From Camelus ferus (Eukaryota): a stretch of 64,000 bases of DNA. The stretch covers positions 31,994,001 to 32,058,000 of the forward strand of contig NC_045696.1 of assembly GCF_009834535.1 (NCBI RefSeq), in the 5' to 3' direction. A program made the translations under genes and the position numbers. Positions 52,855 through 64,000 of this stretch are shown in pieces. Within the stretch, counting starts at the first letter, position 1; each line of letters opens with the position of its first letter. The notes under the pieces were generated by a model. The model had not been told where the DNA came from, made no database searches, and saw only the letters and a program-made list of their open reading frames with translations.

Positions 52855-55480
52855 TTCTGAACATTGGGGTGCAAGTATCTTTTCTAATTAGATTTTCTTG
52901 GATATATGCCCAGGAGCAGGATTGCTGGATCATAAGGTAACTATTTGTAATTTTTTAAAGAATCTCCATACTGTTTTCCATAGTGGCTGCACCAAATTAC
53001 ATTCCTACCAACAGTGTAGGAGGGTTTCCTTTCAGGGTGTGGACTTTTTTGATTGTGGACTTTTTAATGATGGCCATTCTGACTTGTGTAAGGTGATACC
53101 TCTTTGTAGTTTTGATTTGCATTTATCTGATAGTTAGCAATATTAAGCATATTTTCATGTGCCTACTGGACATTTGTATGTCTTCATTGGATAAATGTGC
53201 AGATAATCTGCCCATTTTTTGGTTGGGTTTTGTTTTTGTTACAGAGTTGTATGAGCTCTTTGTAATGTTCTGGAAGTTAAGCCCTTGTCAGTTGCATTGT
53301 TTGCAAATATTTTCTCTCACTCATGGGTTGTCTTTTTTTGTTGTTGATGGTTTCCTTTGCTGTGCAAAAACATGTAAGTTTAATTAGGTCCCATTTGTTT
53401 TTGCTTTTATTTCTATTCCTTGGTAGACTGACCTAGGAAAACATTGCTATGATTTGTGTCAGAGAATATTTGTCTGTGTTCTCTTCTAGGAGATTTATTG
53501 TGTCCTGTCTTATATTTAATTCTTTAAGCCTTTTTGAGTTTATTTTTCTATATGGTGTGACAGAATGTTCTGACTATTGATTTCAATGCAGCTGTCCGGC
53601 TTTCCTAACACCATTTGCTGAAAAGACTTTCTTTCCTCTATTGTATATTCTTGCCTCCTTTGTAGAAGATTAATTGACTCTAAGTGTGTGGGTTTATTTT
53701 CGGGCTCTCTATTCTGTTCCATTGATCCATATGTCTTTTTGTGATAACACTATGCTGGTTTAATCACTGTAGCTTTGTAGTATTGTCTGAAGTCTGGGAG
53801 TTTTGTTCCTTTCCTTCAGGATTGCTTTGGCAATTCTGGGTCTTTAGTGATTCCATACAAATGTTAGTATTGCTTGTTCTAGTTCTGTGAAAAATATACT
53901 GGGTAATTTGATAGGGATCCCATTAAATCTGTAGACTGCTTTGGGTAGTTTGGCCATTTTAACAAAACTAAATCTTCCAAACAAAGATCATGAGATATCT
54001 TTCTATTTCTTTGAGTCATCTTTAACTTCCCTTACCAATGTTTTATAGTTCTTTATAGTTATAGTTTTATAGACATAGTTATTTATCAGTGTTTTATAGT
54101 TTGTGTAATCTTTTACTTCCCTGGTCAGGTTTATTCCTAAGTATTTTATTATTTTTTATGTGATTTTTACAGGGTTTTTTTTTTAACTTTTCTAATATTT
54201 CATTGTTAGTTTAAACAAATGCAACAGATTCCTCTGTGGTCATCTTGTAACCTGCTACCTTGCTGAATTTGTTTATCAGCTCTAGTAGTTTTTGTGTGGC
54301 ATCTTTAGGGTTTTCTACATATAATATCATGTCATCTACATATAGTGACACTTTTACCTCTTACCTTCCAATATGGATCCCTTTTATTTCTTTTTCTTGT
54401 CTGATTGCTATGGCTAGGACCTTCAATACTATGTTGAATGGAAGTGGTGAGAGTGGGCATCCTCATCTTGTTTCAGATTTTAGTGGGAAGGCTTTCAGCT
54501 TTTCACTGTTGAGTATTATGTTAGCTGTGAGCTGTTGAGATATGTTTCCTCTATATCCACTTTGGTAAGATTTTTTATCATGAATGAATGTTGAATTTTA
54601 TCAAATGCTGTTTCTGCATATACTGAGATGATCACGTGTGTTTTTATCTTTCTTTTGTTGACATGGTATATCACACTGATTGATTTGCATATACTGAATG
54701 GTCCTTGTGAACCAAGGAAGAATCTTAATTGATTGTAGTGTTTTATATGTGTAGTTGTTTCAATTTGCTAATATTTTGTCAAGAATTTTTGACTCTATAT
54801 TCATCAAAGATACTGGCCTGTAATTTTCTTTTTTGGTTGTGTCTTTGGTTTTAGTATCAGGGTGATGGTGATTTCATAGAATGAGTTTGGGAGTATTCCC
54901 TCCTCTTCAGTTTTTGGAAGAGTTTGAGAAGTATTGGTATAGATTCTTATTTGTATGTGAAGCCCCAGTGAATTCCCCAGTGAAGCCATCTGGTCCTGGA
55001 CTTTCGTTTACAGGGAGGTCTTTGGGTTTTTTTGTTTGTTTTGTTTTTTTGTTTTTTTAAATACAGATTCTATTTTACTTCTAGTAATCAGTCTATTCAT
55101 ATTATCTATTTCTTCTTGATTCAATTTTTATGGACTGTATGTGCCTAGAAAGTTGTCCATTTTTTCTAGGTTGTCCAATTTGTTGGCATATAATTCATAT
55201 TCAGTTGTTGGCATATGTTCATAGTACTCTCTTATGGTTTTTTGCATTTCTGTAGTATTGGTTATACTTTCTTCTCTTTTATTTCTTGTTTTATGTGGGG
55301 CCTCTCTTTTCTTTGTTTGCCTAGCCAGAAGTTTGTTGATTTTTTTTTTAACTCTTTCAAAAAATCAGCTCTTGGTTTTATTGCTTTTTTACAATTTTTT
55401 ATCCTAGTTTTATTTATTTCCTCCCCGATCTTTATTTCTTTCTTTCTATTGACTTTAGGTTTTGTTTGTTCTTCTTTTTC
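52855..55480 (-). mobile_element. LINE-1 ORF2 fragment
   Basis: Antisense RT region (gagtgggcatcctcatcttgtt = TRxGCPLSP) and ORF 54804-54989 ..[21 protein letters not shown]. Confidence 0.92.
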
Positions 55481-58400
55481 TTATGAGTACAATGATTTTT
55501 GAGCCCTGTGTGTTTTCCAGCAAATCACCAAACCTGGTGACGGTCTTGGGAACCATTGACATAGATGGCTTACATAAAGTATTATGTAGAGAATAGTAGC
55601 CCTCTTCCTTCTTATCTGAAACAAATGGGCCCAAAGATTGTAAAAGTATGGAAAGAGAGTGTGTATAAAGTTCATGTCTATCTTTAACCCCTCACTGAAA
55701 GTGATGCAGAGGTTGAAAAGTTGTGTGGTCCCAAACTGCTGGGTGGAGTATATTGGCAATATAGGATAGAACATGGACTTTTTGGTGAGTGATGTTGTCA
55801 AAAAAAGTAAGTGCTTTTATAATTTAAAAAGATAGTAAAGTATATATTCTGAAATATCTGACATATAAAACAGAAATACATATAAAAGACTCAGAGGAAA
55901 AACTAAACTGGCTGTAATAATCAGAAAGCAAATAGGAAAGTAAAATAAGCTTTGAGTAGAACCTTATTATAAGACATTAAATAGACCACATCCAGATTGC
56001 AACTTCTAATATAATCTGATATCAGTACAAGGCTTTATGCAAAGTGTATTTTATATAAACTTTCTTAGTAAAATAAATGTTTGATATGTTTGAAAGCTTA
56101 AGTAAGAACAGAGACTGAAAAAGGATAAAGAGACATATTTGAGTTTTGTAAACTCTCTAAAAGACACAATGGAAATATTAAAAAATGTAGATTCATCAAC
56201 TGTTTAAATAACTGAAACTAAAATTATTATGTTGAAAACGTGCAGTGTATTATTTTTAATATGCAAGTAGGAATTGCAAAAGTTCTCTAGTTGTTCAATT
56301 TGAACATTTTTTTAAAAGAATAATTAGCACATACAAAAATTTTTGCTTTCCTTTCAGTAATACATGTAAAATTCTGGACTTTTAAGTATTTCAGTTTTCT
56401 AGCTCTTATTAACCGATTTCATCAGAGTTAACCCCGTTAATGAATACATGGTATGTTTCAGTCGAGGCTATTTTACCCAGAATTCCCTAAGCACATTGCC
56501 TCTGAAGAAGGCTATCAATAAACAATGTTTGAACTAGAATATATTAACTATATATCTATTAATTATATACATATATAAAATTATAGGTAGAAAGAGAGTG
56601 AGAGAGGGAGAAAGATCCTTAAGTTTCTCTAAAGAGACCTAATAAGAAATGGGCATGTGAGATTACCAAAGACACGTTCTCATAGAAACACACTAAAATG
56701 GAGCAATTGTGAAAGAGAAGTAAAATAGTAATTAAAGAAAGAGGATAGTCAGAAGTTAATAATGAAACAAGTGAAAGATACACTACACAGTATCATGGGA
56801 GGAGGGAGATAGAAAGGACTTAAAAACTTTTTAAAAAACACACACAGTAAGGGGAGTACAGGCAATCTAGCAATAGTAAGTGTATAAATATATGTAGTTA
56901 TGTATATATGTACATATTTCCAAATACATAGTTACATATATAGTTTTGTATATAGTCTCATATATGTATCATATTTTGTATATTTATGTGTATATTAGAG
57001 ACAATGGTTAACTTCAAAGCAAAAAAAGAATTTGAGAAAAATAGCACGCATCAGTTTTAACAGAATTGGTTCTTACCACAGCTAGAGGAAGCAGAAAGAA
57101 AATTAATAATGTAAGCTTAGGTAACTTTAATAAAATGCTGAGTAAGAATGTAGGAAATGGTTGAAAACTGTTACAAATGTCTTAACTGCTATTTTAAAGA
57201 AATGAAGATACAATTATACAGTTCTTTAATTTCAAAGAGAATAATTGGGAAAATAAAAGTTGAAGAAATTTCTGATAAAACAAATTGCAAATCGGCAAAG
57301 CTCTCTAAAAAGCCATTTGCTGTGAAATGTTACTACTTTGAAATGAGCATAATGATCATTAAAGATTAACAATTTAAAGAAATCCATTTTTTTCCTAATC
57401 CAGAGTTTATAACAAAAGTAAAAGCTTAATGGAAGCTATATAAAAATAAATATCGACTCAAATTTAGGAACTTTAAGAGTAAAATATTGTGAAATAAACT
57501 CAAATATAAAATTCAGCAAAAGAATTTATATTATTTTTTAAATTATTATCATTTTAATAAAGTTGGCTTTTCCTATTCAGGGTATGGTGTGTGTGCGGGG
57601 TGGGAGGGGAGAGGGTGTTTGAGCATATGTGCATACAAAGATATATACTGCAAGTTCTAATATAGTCTTTCAAGATGAACATAATTATAATTAAGGTTAA
57701 TTTCACTTGTACATAAATAATATATCTTTAAGTCACAAAATACAATGAGAGCATTTCTGCTTATTGCAGTAAACATCAAATAAAATAAAAGGGAAACCAT
57801 TCTATCATAATTTCTGACAAATATCCTATTTATTTATCTATTAAATATAAACACATTTATCTACCATAAAATATATTTTTTTCTGTGTCTTGCAGTGAGT
57901 CGAGATTGACAGTAGGTACTCAGTGTTAAGCTATCCATTCAGTAACAAAACTGAAAACAAGTTAATATATATTTTTCGAGTTTTGTTTAGTATTTTGTAA
58001 TTTTAAGGTGTTAAATAGCAATTGTACTTAATAAAAATGTTTAAGATGGGATTGGGATTTTCCTTTTCCTTTTCTTTTCAGAGAAGTTTATGTGACAAGA
58101 TCATGAAAGCAGAATTGGAATTTCATTCATGGAAAATGCTTGCAATTAAAGACAATTTGGTGAATGCATTAAAAGATGCATTTTAACTATGGCACCAAAG
58201 TTATAGTTAAGTAAAAATTTAGAAAACTCAGAATCTGAATGATAGAAAATTTGATTTTCTGTTTTTATTTTTTTTTTAAATGTGTCAGTTACTAATCTAA
58301 CTTGCAAAACACTTGGTAATACTATACAAGTTTTAAAAGATGTTGCAATTGCCATATAATTGTTATAATGGCTGCTGCAAAAGTCTCTTTTATAAATGTT

Positions 58401-59244
58401 CTGAAAGAATATTCTCTTTTATATATATATTTTATTAGATCTTCCTAGACAAAATTAAATGTTATAAAATGAAATTTAATAGAAATAGTTTGTTGCAGTC
58501 ATAACATCCTCATTTCTAGTAAGTAAATGAATTGCCCAACAAAATATTCTAAGAACCTTTTTCCTTTTCTGCTAGAAATTCCTCCACCTCAGATCTCCTC
58601 CATATTGAAGACATTGTTGACTATACTTTTCCAAAGTGGTAACTAATTCAGGAGATAGTGACAGGTGAAGAAGATAATGAAAATACTGGAAAAATGCCTT
58701 TCATACTTTCTTTTCTTTGAAACCATCATCCATATACTCAACACTAACCATTTTCTTAAATAAATGGACTCCACAATCTACCATATTTATTCCTGTCCAT
58801 GAACACCCTGACATCCTCTCTGCTTGATTTATTCCCTATCCCATCAATTCATCATTCCCCCAGAATCACCATATGAGTCTCAGCTCTTATCCCCAGAGCT
58901 ACTGCTTACTGCTTCCCCCTCCTACCTGTCATCCTCTTTACCAGAGAACCAGCCCTCAGGCATGTGTTATGAACAGTTGCTAGAAACTTGAGGGAACCCC
59001 ACCAGAGTGTTAGAGCCACAAAAAGGAAAAAAATGGATTTTATGGTATCCAAAGCACTTTAGAATGCATTGCTTTTAAGTAAGATTGTTGTATATGATAG
59101 TTTCTCTAGTGATTTCAATAACCCTATTGTGCTTCAGGTACTTTTTTTAATTTAAAATAGTTAAAATGGACCAACCTGAGAGATTAACGTATTAAATACA
59201 TATGGAACTTTCCTGTGGGAAAAAATGTCTACATTCCAGAAAAA

Positions 59245-59378
59245 AATTTTTTTAAATTTTTTAGGGGGAAGGTAGTTAGGTTTATTTACTTATTTATTTT
59301 TCAGGGAGGTACTAGGGATCGAACCCAGGACCCTGTGCATGCCAAGCATGTGCTCTACCACTTGAGCCATACCCTACC
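59245..59378 (-). mobile_element. tRNA-derived SINE (Vic-1-like) with 16-bp TSD
   Basis: Antisense B box gggatcgaaccc and A box ctaccacttgagccata. TSD ctacattccagaaaaa at 59229-59244 and 59379-59394. Confidence 0.9.
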
Positions 59379-59989
59379 CTACATTCCAGAAAAATATTTT
59401 TAAAAGTCTTCGTTTTAGGATGATATGCTTCTACTGCATTCCAGATGTTTCCTTGCTGTTGATATCTCAATTACTATATTATTCATGACATGTTCCACCC
59501 CTTTTCTTCCTCTACCTCAGTGGAATTTGGGGAGAGTAAGTTGGATATGTTCAACTGTTGCAAATCCTTTTTTTTAAATTTTGAATAGAAGTACCTTCAG
59601 GGTGCTGCTTCTCTGTTTACTAACTAGTAGCTGATCATACCTTCCTCCACAGACATACACACATACTCACATATCTTCCTCACCAAGCTATGTCTTCAAC
59701 TTCTTTCTTACTAGTATTCAGGTTACTGTTTTTGCTTCCAAACACTTTACTAGATATCTTATTTCTCAATAAGTTGTTTAGAATAAACAGGATGAATTAA
59801 TTAATAATAATAATTTAAAAGAAATAGAATAAATAGAAATATGTAGAATAAATAATTTAGATTTAAGCTGAGAAAGACAATGATAAATACGGAGTCCCTC
59901 AATGACTCCAGAAACAGGCTCAGAGTTAAGGAACACTAATATACAAAACTAAAAAGTGACAATTTGGGGGGGGGAAATATACAGGAGGA

Positions 59990-62100
59990 GGATCTTGGCT
60001 AGAGCTAGGACATGTGGCTTTGGACCTTCTGCGCTAAGGCATTTTGACCTTAGCATGTATAGGGGCTTATTTGGGGCTAGAGGGCATTTACAGTGTACTA
60101 TAGACTTTTAACTTCTGTGGACTGAGCAAAAGGCTTCAGAGTGCAGGCTGCCTTGGCGGACGACAGCTGCAAGAGAGGATTAGCAAGCAAAGGCATGAGC
60201 CACGTGGGCCTCAGCAAAAGCATGGGTGGTCTTGGCCAAACACGGGGGACTTTAGGATACAGACGGCTGCAGCTTGATCTTAAACCACACTTAGAGCATA
60301 TATGCTGGCAGCCAGGGCTCTACCAGATGCCTTGGCAGATGCTAGCAAATCACAGAGGCCTTCGTAAGCAGGCACAGCTGAGGCAAATACACAATTATAG
60401 GAAAAGAGTGTCTTCACAGGCCATTTAGGCAAGGGTTGGCAGAACAATATTTGCTACTTTAAAATTACTCAGCAGCTATGTTCCACATGTGCTAGCAGCA
60501 CTAGGGAGGTTCTAGCTTTAAACTGTGAGTTCCAGACCTAAGAATGTAGGGCTGGATGGACTCCTATTTCATTTGAGTTTTCTAGAATAGATGAACAAAA
60601 TGAGATAATGGAAAAACACTAAAAAGCCAAACAAGAACAAAAATACCACTTAGCCCACTACTGCAGAAAATGCAGCGATAGTGAAATGCTATTCAAGTTT
60701 GTAATAATAAAACAAAGGAAAGACTATGCCTCACATGTTGATTTTTATTGGCCCCTTAGGGGCTTGGCCTCAGAAACATCAACAGCAGCTTCAGCTGCAG
60801 AGCATGTCTTTTTAGCTGAAACCAAAGTGGAAAAGGAAACATTCTCTAGGAGGCAGGTTCCCTAGGCCTAGGATTGCACACTGAAAGGAACAGTGGAAAT
60901 GACTCAGAAGTGAAAATGCCTGTTTATGTGAGAGAGTGGTCTGCATGTGGTCAGTATTAGACTAGTAGAAACCCCTTGCTTGAAGGGAAATGACAATTAA
61001 TGTGGTAACTAACCACAGTTCCATGATTAATCACTCGATAGGAATGTTTTAGTTCAGACGATTTTGGAGACATGACAAAGAATAAATTGTCTCCTGGTCA
61101 TTCCAGGAAGGCTATAGTCCAGGTTATACTCATTTCTTCCAAAAAGCTGGAATTTCAAGAAATGTCAAATGTAGATCACATCGGAGTCATGTTTCTGAAC
61201 CCATAAAAAAAAAAACAAAAAACCTACCTTTACTCACTTAACACCAAACCTACACTACAGTCTCTTACAGCATTAAAAAATGAGTTCTGTGAACAAGATT
61301 TTGCCAGGGTGAAAATGTTCTAGATGTGGAGACTTCTGTTCTGCATTTGATAGGTATAGGTCCCATGTTCTGAAATATTAATGTGCTCTTCGGACTCTGT
61401 AAAAGTGGGACATTGTAGACTTGGCATTAAGATAGTACAGCTCCAAAGACTCTAAGAATCACGCCCATTTCCAAGAGATAGAGTTCTGGTTGTAGGTACT
61501 GAAGGACCAAAACTCAAGCATTAAGATCCATCTATCCAAGATTGAATAGAATATGAAATTGGGAAGGGTGCAATTTTATATTAACTTATTTGAAATATAA
61601 TATTGCAAGGACAAAGAGAATTTTACTTTGGACTTCAATTTCTCTGAGTTTTAACATTTTAGGACTTTAATTTGTGAGGGGACCTAATCTTTGAGGTTTT
61701 AATTTTCCTTTGGAAATTTATGATAGGAGAGAGATTATATTCAAATTTGAGTCATCACTTTGTTGCTGGTATTTTATTGCAGAATCTATGTATTTTGTTC
61801 TTGGAGTATGCAACCTTCAATTTCATGGAAGGGCTTAGATGGCCTATATTGGATTAAGTGAATGTACAATATTTGCAGTGAGAAATAGAATAGGGAATGG
61901 CTGTTTAGCCTTAGTGAAGACTTGCAGTTGATCCAATTAATGTGTTTTTGTCTGCTTGCATTGTTCAGTGATCCCAGGCAGATAACAAAAGTGTAATGGT
62001 TGCAACTGGGAGCCTGGCATCATAAAAGTGGGAGCAGAATTGTTTAAAAGTACTATCCATCTTCTCCCCAAAGGAAGAGTCAGAACCCTGTTTGGCTATA
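59990..62100 (+). mobile_element. Possible ancient LTR-retroelement (Gypsy/ERV-like) internal remnant
   Basis: GC-elevated, non-L1 block with a coding-like composition and many stops. No motif identified with confidence. Confidence 0.3.
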
Positions 62101-63861
62101 GATTTAATGGTGATGCTCAGCTAGTTAAAAGAAAAACAGCAATAAAAGAAAAACAAAAAACTGTGACATATTACGATAATGACATCAGTTAGAAAACATC
62201 TCTTTCCCAGGGTTGTCTTCCTGTGTAAGGGAATCAGTAACTTAGAAACTCGTGGCCTCTGTTTATTTCAATGGAGATGCCATGACTATTTGATGAGTAA
62301 TTTTTGTAATAATAATTTTGACATAATTAAGTTGGCCATTTATCATTTTGGAAATGAAATTCTCACAGGGAAAAGACATTTTATTTTGTTGAGAATTTTG
62401 ATTTCAGTGCCATAAATCTAATTTAGGCTGACCACTGTTTCTCCCCCTCAGCTAAACTCTCCCTCACTAAACTCTCCCTAAGTCCTGCTTTGGAAGGACA
62501 AGCCCCTAATACCACAGTACATTTGATGACATAGATAAGTCTGTGAAAATCTGGCACTCAGGCCCCCTTTACTGTCAGACTAACTTAAATGTCCCAGTTT
62601 ATCATTTACCAACTGTAAAGCTAATGCTTTGACATGCTTTATCCTTTGTCTTTCTGTCAAAATTTTCAGAACTCAGGTTATAATAAAAAGTATTATTTTT
62701 TAGTTCCCTTTAAAATTACAAATAAACTTTTTTAATACAAGACATTGTTAAGTTTAGGTTGCTGAAAATTAGCTATAATTCTACAATTCTTTCTCTATGT
62801 AAAGCCAGCAGAAAAGGTAACTTTAGCTGCAGGCTGTTTCTTCCAAAACACATGGTAGCTGTGAGCAAAATTCACTCTCATTTAAATCAGTGTACCTCAC
62901 AATCTAGGGAATGATATTATCAGAATTATTTGACATGAAAAAAATATTAGTTTGTATTTAAATAGATCAAATAATTCTGATTTTAGAGACTGATTCTGTT
63001 ACTATTTTTTATTCATATTGAATAAAGAAAGGTGGCCACTTTCAGAGAATTGATTAGAACTATCAAATTAGAAATTTTAGTTGAATATGTTATTTGCAAA
63101 TTGTTTATATAATTATTAAGGCATAAGAATTTTTGATATTTTGGAAGGTCCAAAGGAGTTTGAAACATATTTTTCTTTTTAAATGATGCAAAATGGAATA
63201 TAAGGTAAGGATAAAATCCCTCTAGGGTTTTTGGAATGCAGACCAGTAATAAAAGCATGGAACCTAGTTTATGAGTTAGAAGGATAATATGTACTGTAGA
63301 AATAATAGGAGCACAAGTGGGAAAATGAAAAATATAGAAGCCTTGTGTGCCTAAGGAAAGGCATTGACATTTTCAAATGATATTTGATAATGCCATTTCT
63401 GTAAATATGTTTTAAGTACAGAAACCTTTTGAATGAAAAACCTGTGGAAAGTTTTTCTTGGGAAGTCTTTAGAGACAACTAAGAAATATTTTAAAAATAA
63501 TACTGGTTTTTACTTTATGGAATGTATATCCAGATATTCTAATGTATGCTGGGGCAAAATATCACTTTAGTGTTTGAATAACTTCTACACTTTCCCATCT
63601 CTTTCTTATTCTCCAACAGGGCTCAAGTTTTTATATTTTATTTTTGGGGTGTGACTCTGACCATGGTGCTGAATTCTTACCCAGTAGGATTTCCCTATTG
63701 TAGGCTACGTGTACATAGAACAAAGCATATTTTGTAGTAATAATCTTATATCTCTCTTTGCTTGTGTTTGATAAAAGACAAAAGAAGTAATGGGGATACC
63801 CAAGATTTAAAGTTAAATTGATCAGGCATTTGCTATCTTTGTAACTTAAGTTGTTTAAACT

Positions 63862-64000
63862 TTCAGAGAAAGACAAATATCATATGATATCACTTACATG
63901 TGTAATCTAAAAAAACATACAAATTAACTTCTTTACAAAGCAGAAATAGAATCACAGAGATAGAACAGAAACTTATGATTATGAAAGGGGAAGTGATGGG
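63862..64000 (+). mobile_element. LINE-1 3' end fragment (runs off the window)
   Basis: cagagaaagacaaatatcatatgatatcacttacatgtg..cagaaatagaatcacagagatagaac. Confidence 0.9.

Noticed and set aside
60000..60560. Histone H1-like or other processed pseudogene
   Set aside because: No recognisable histone motif in the sequence or frames I inspected, and no polyA or TSD.
1..64000. Supplied 60-124 aa ORFs as real genes; CRISPR arrays, operons or prokaryotic systems
   Set aside because: The ORFs map to L1/LTR remnants or low-complexity AT-rich DNA. The sequence is mammalian and has no regularly spaced repeat-spacer array.

Overview
AT-rich, repeat-dense mammalian DNA, most likely camelid, because it carries three tRNA-derived SINEs resembling the camelid Vic-1 family. 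I cannot recognise an intact host protein-coding gene. Nearly all ORFs in the supplied track are LINE-1 remnants, antisense repeat ORFs or noise. Most of the window is L1 of several ages (including two 5'-inverted copies and a nested L1 stack at 44-55 kb), MIR/L2, and MaLR/ERVL/ERV1 LTRs. The standout is a ~3.3 kb repeat-free block at ~24.5-27.8 kb on the minus strand. Translated by hand across stops and frameshifts, it gives collinear remnants of bornavirus N, M, G and L in the orthobornavirus order N-(X/P)-M-G-L. It also has a signal resembling the T2/S3 junction just before the M ATG. I interpret it as a heavily decayed, internally deleted, multi-gene endogenous bornavirus-like element (EBL). 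All protein alignments were made by eye against BoDV-1 sequences recalled from memory, and repeat subfamily names and boundaries are approximate. All need confirming with TBLASTN/HMM searches and RepeatMasker.
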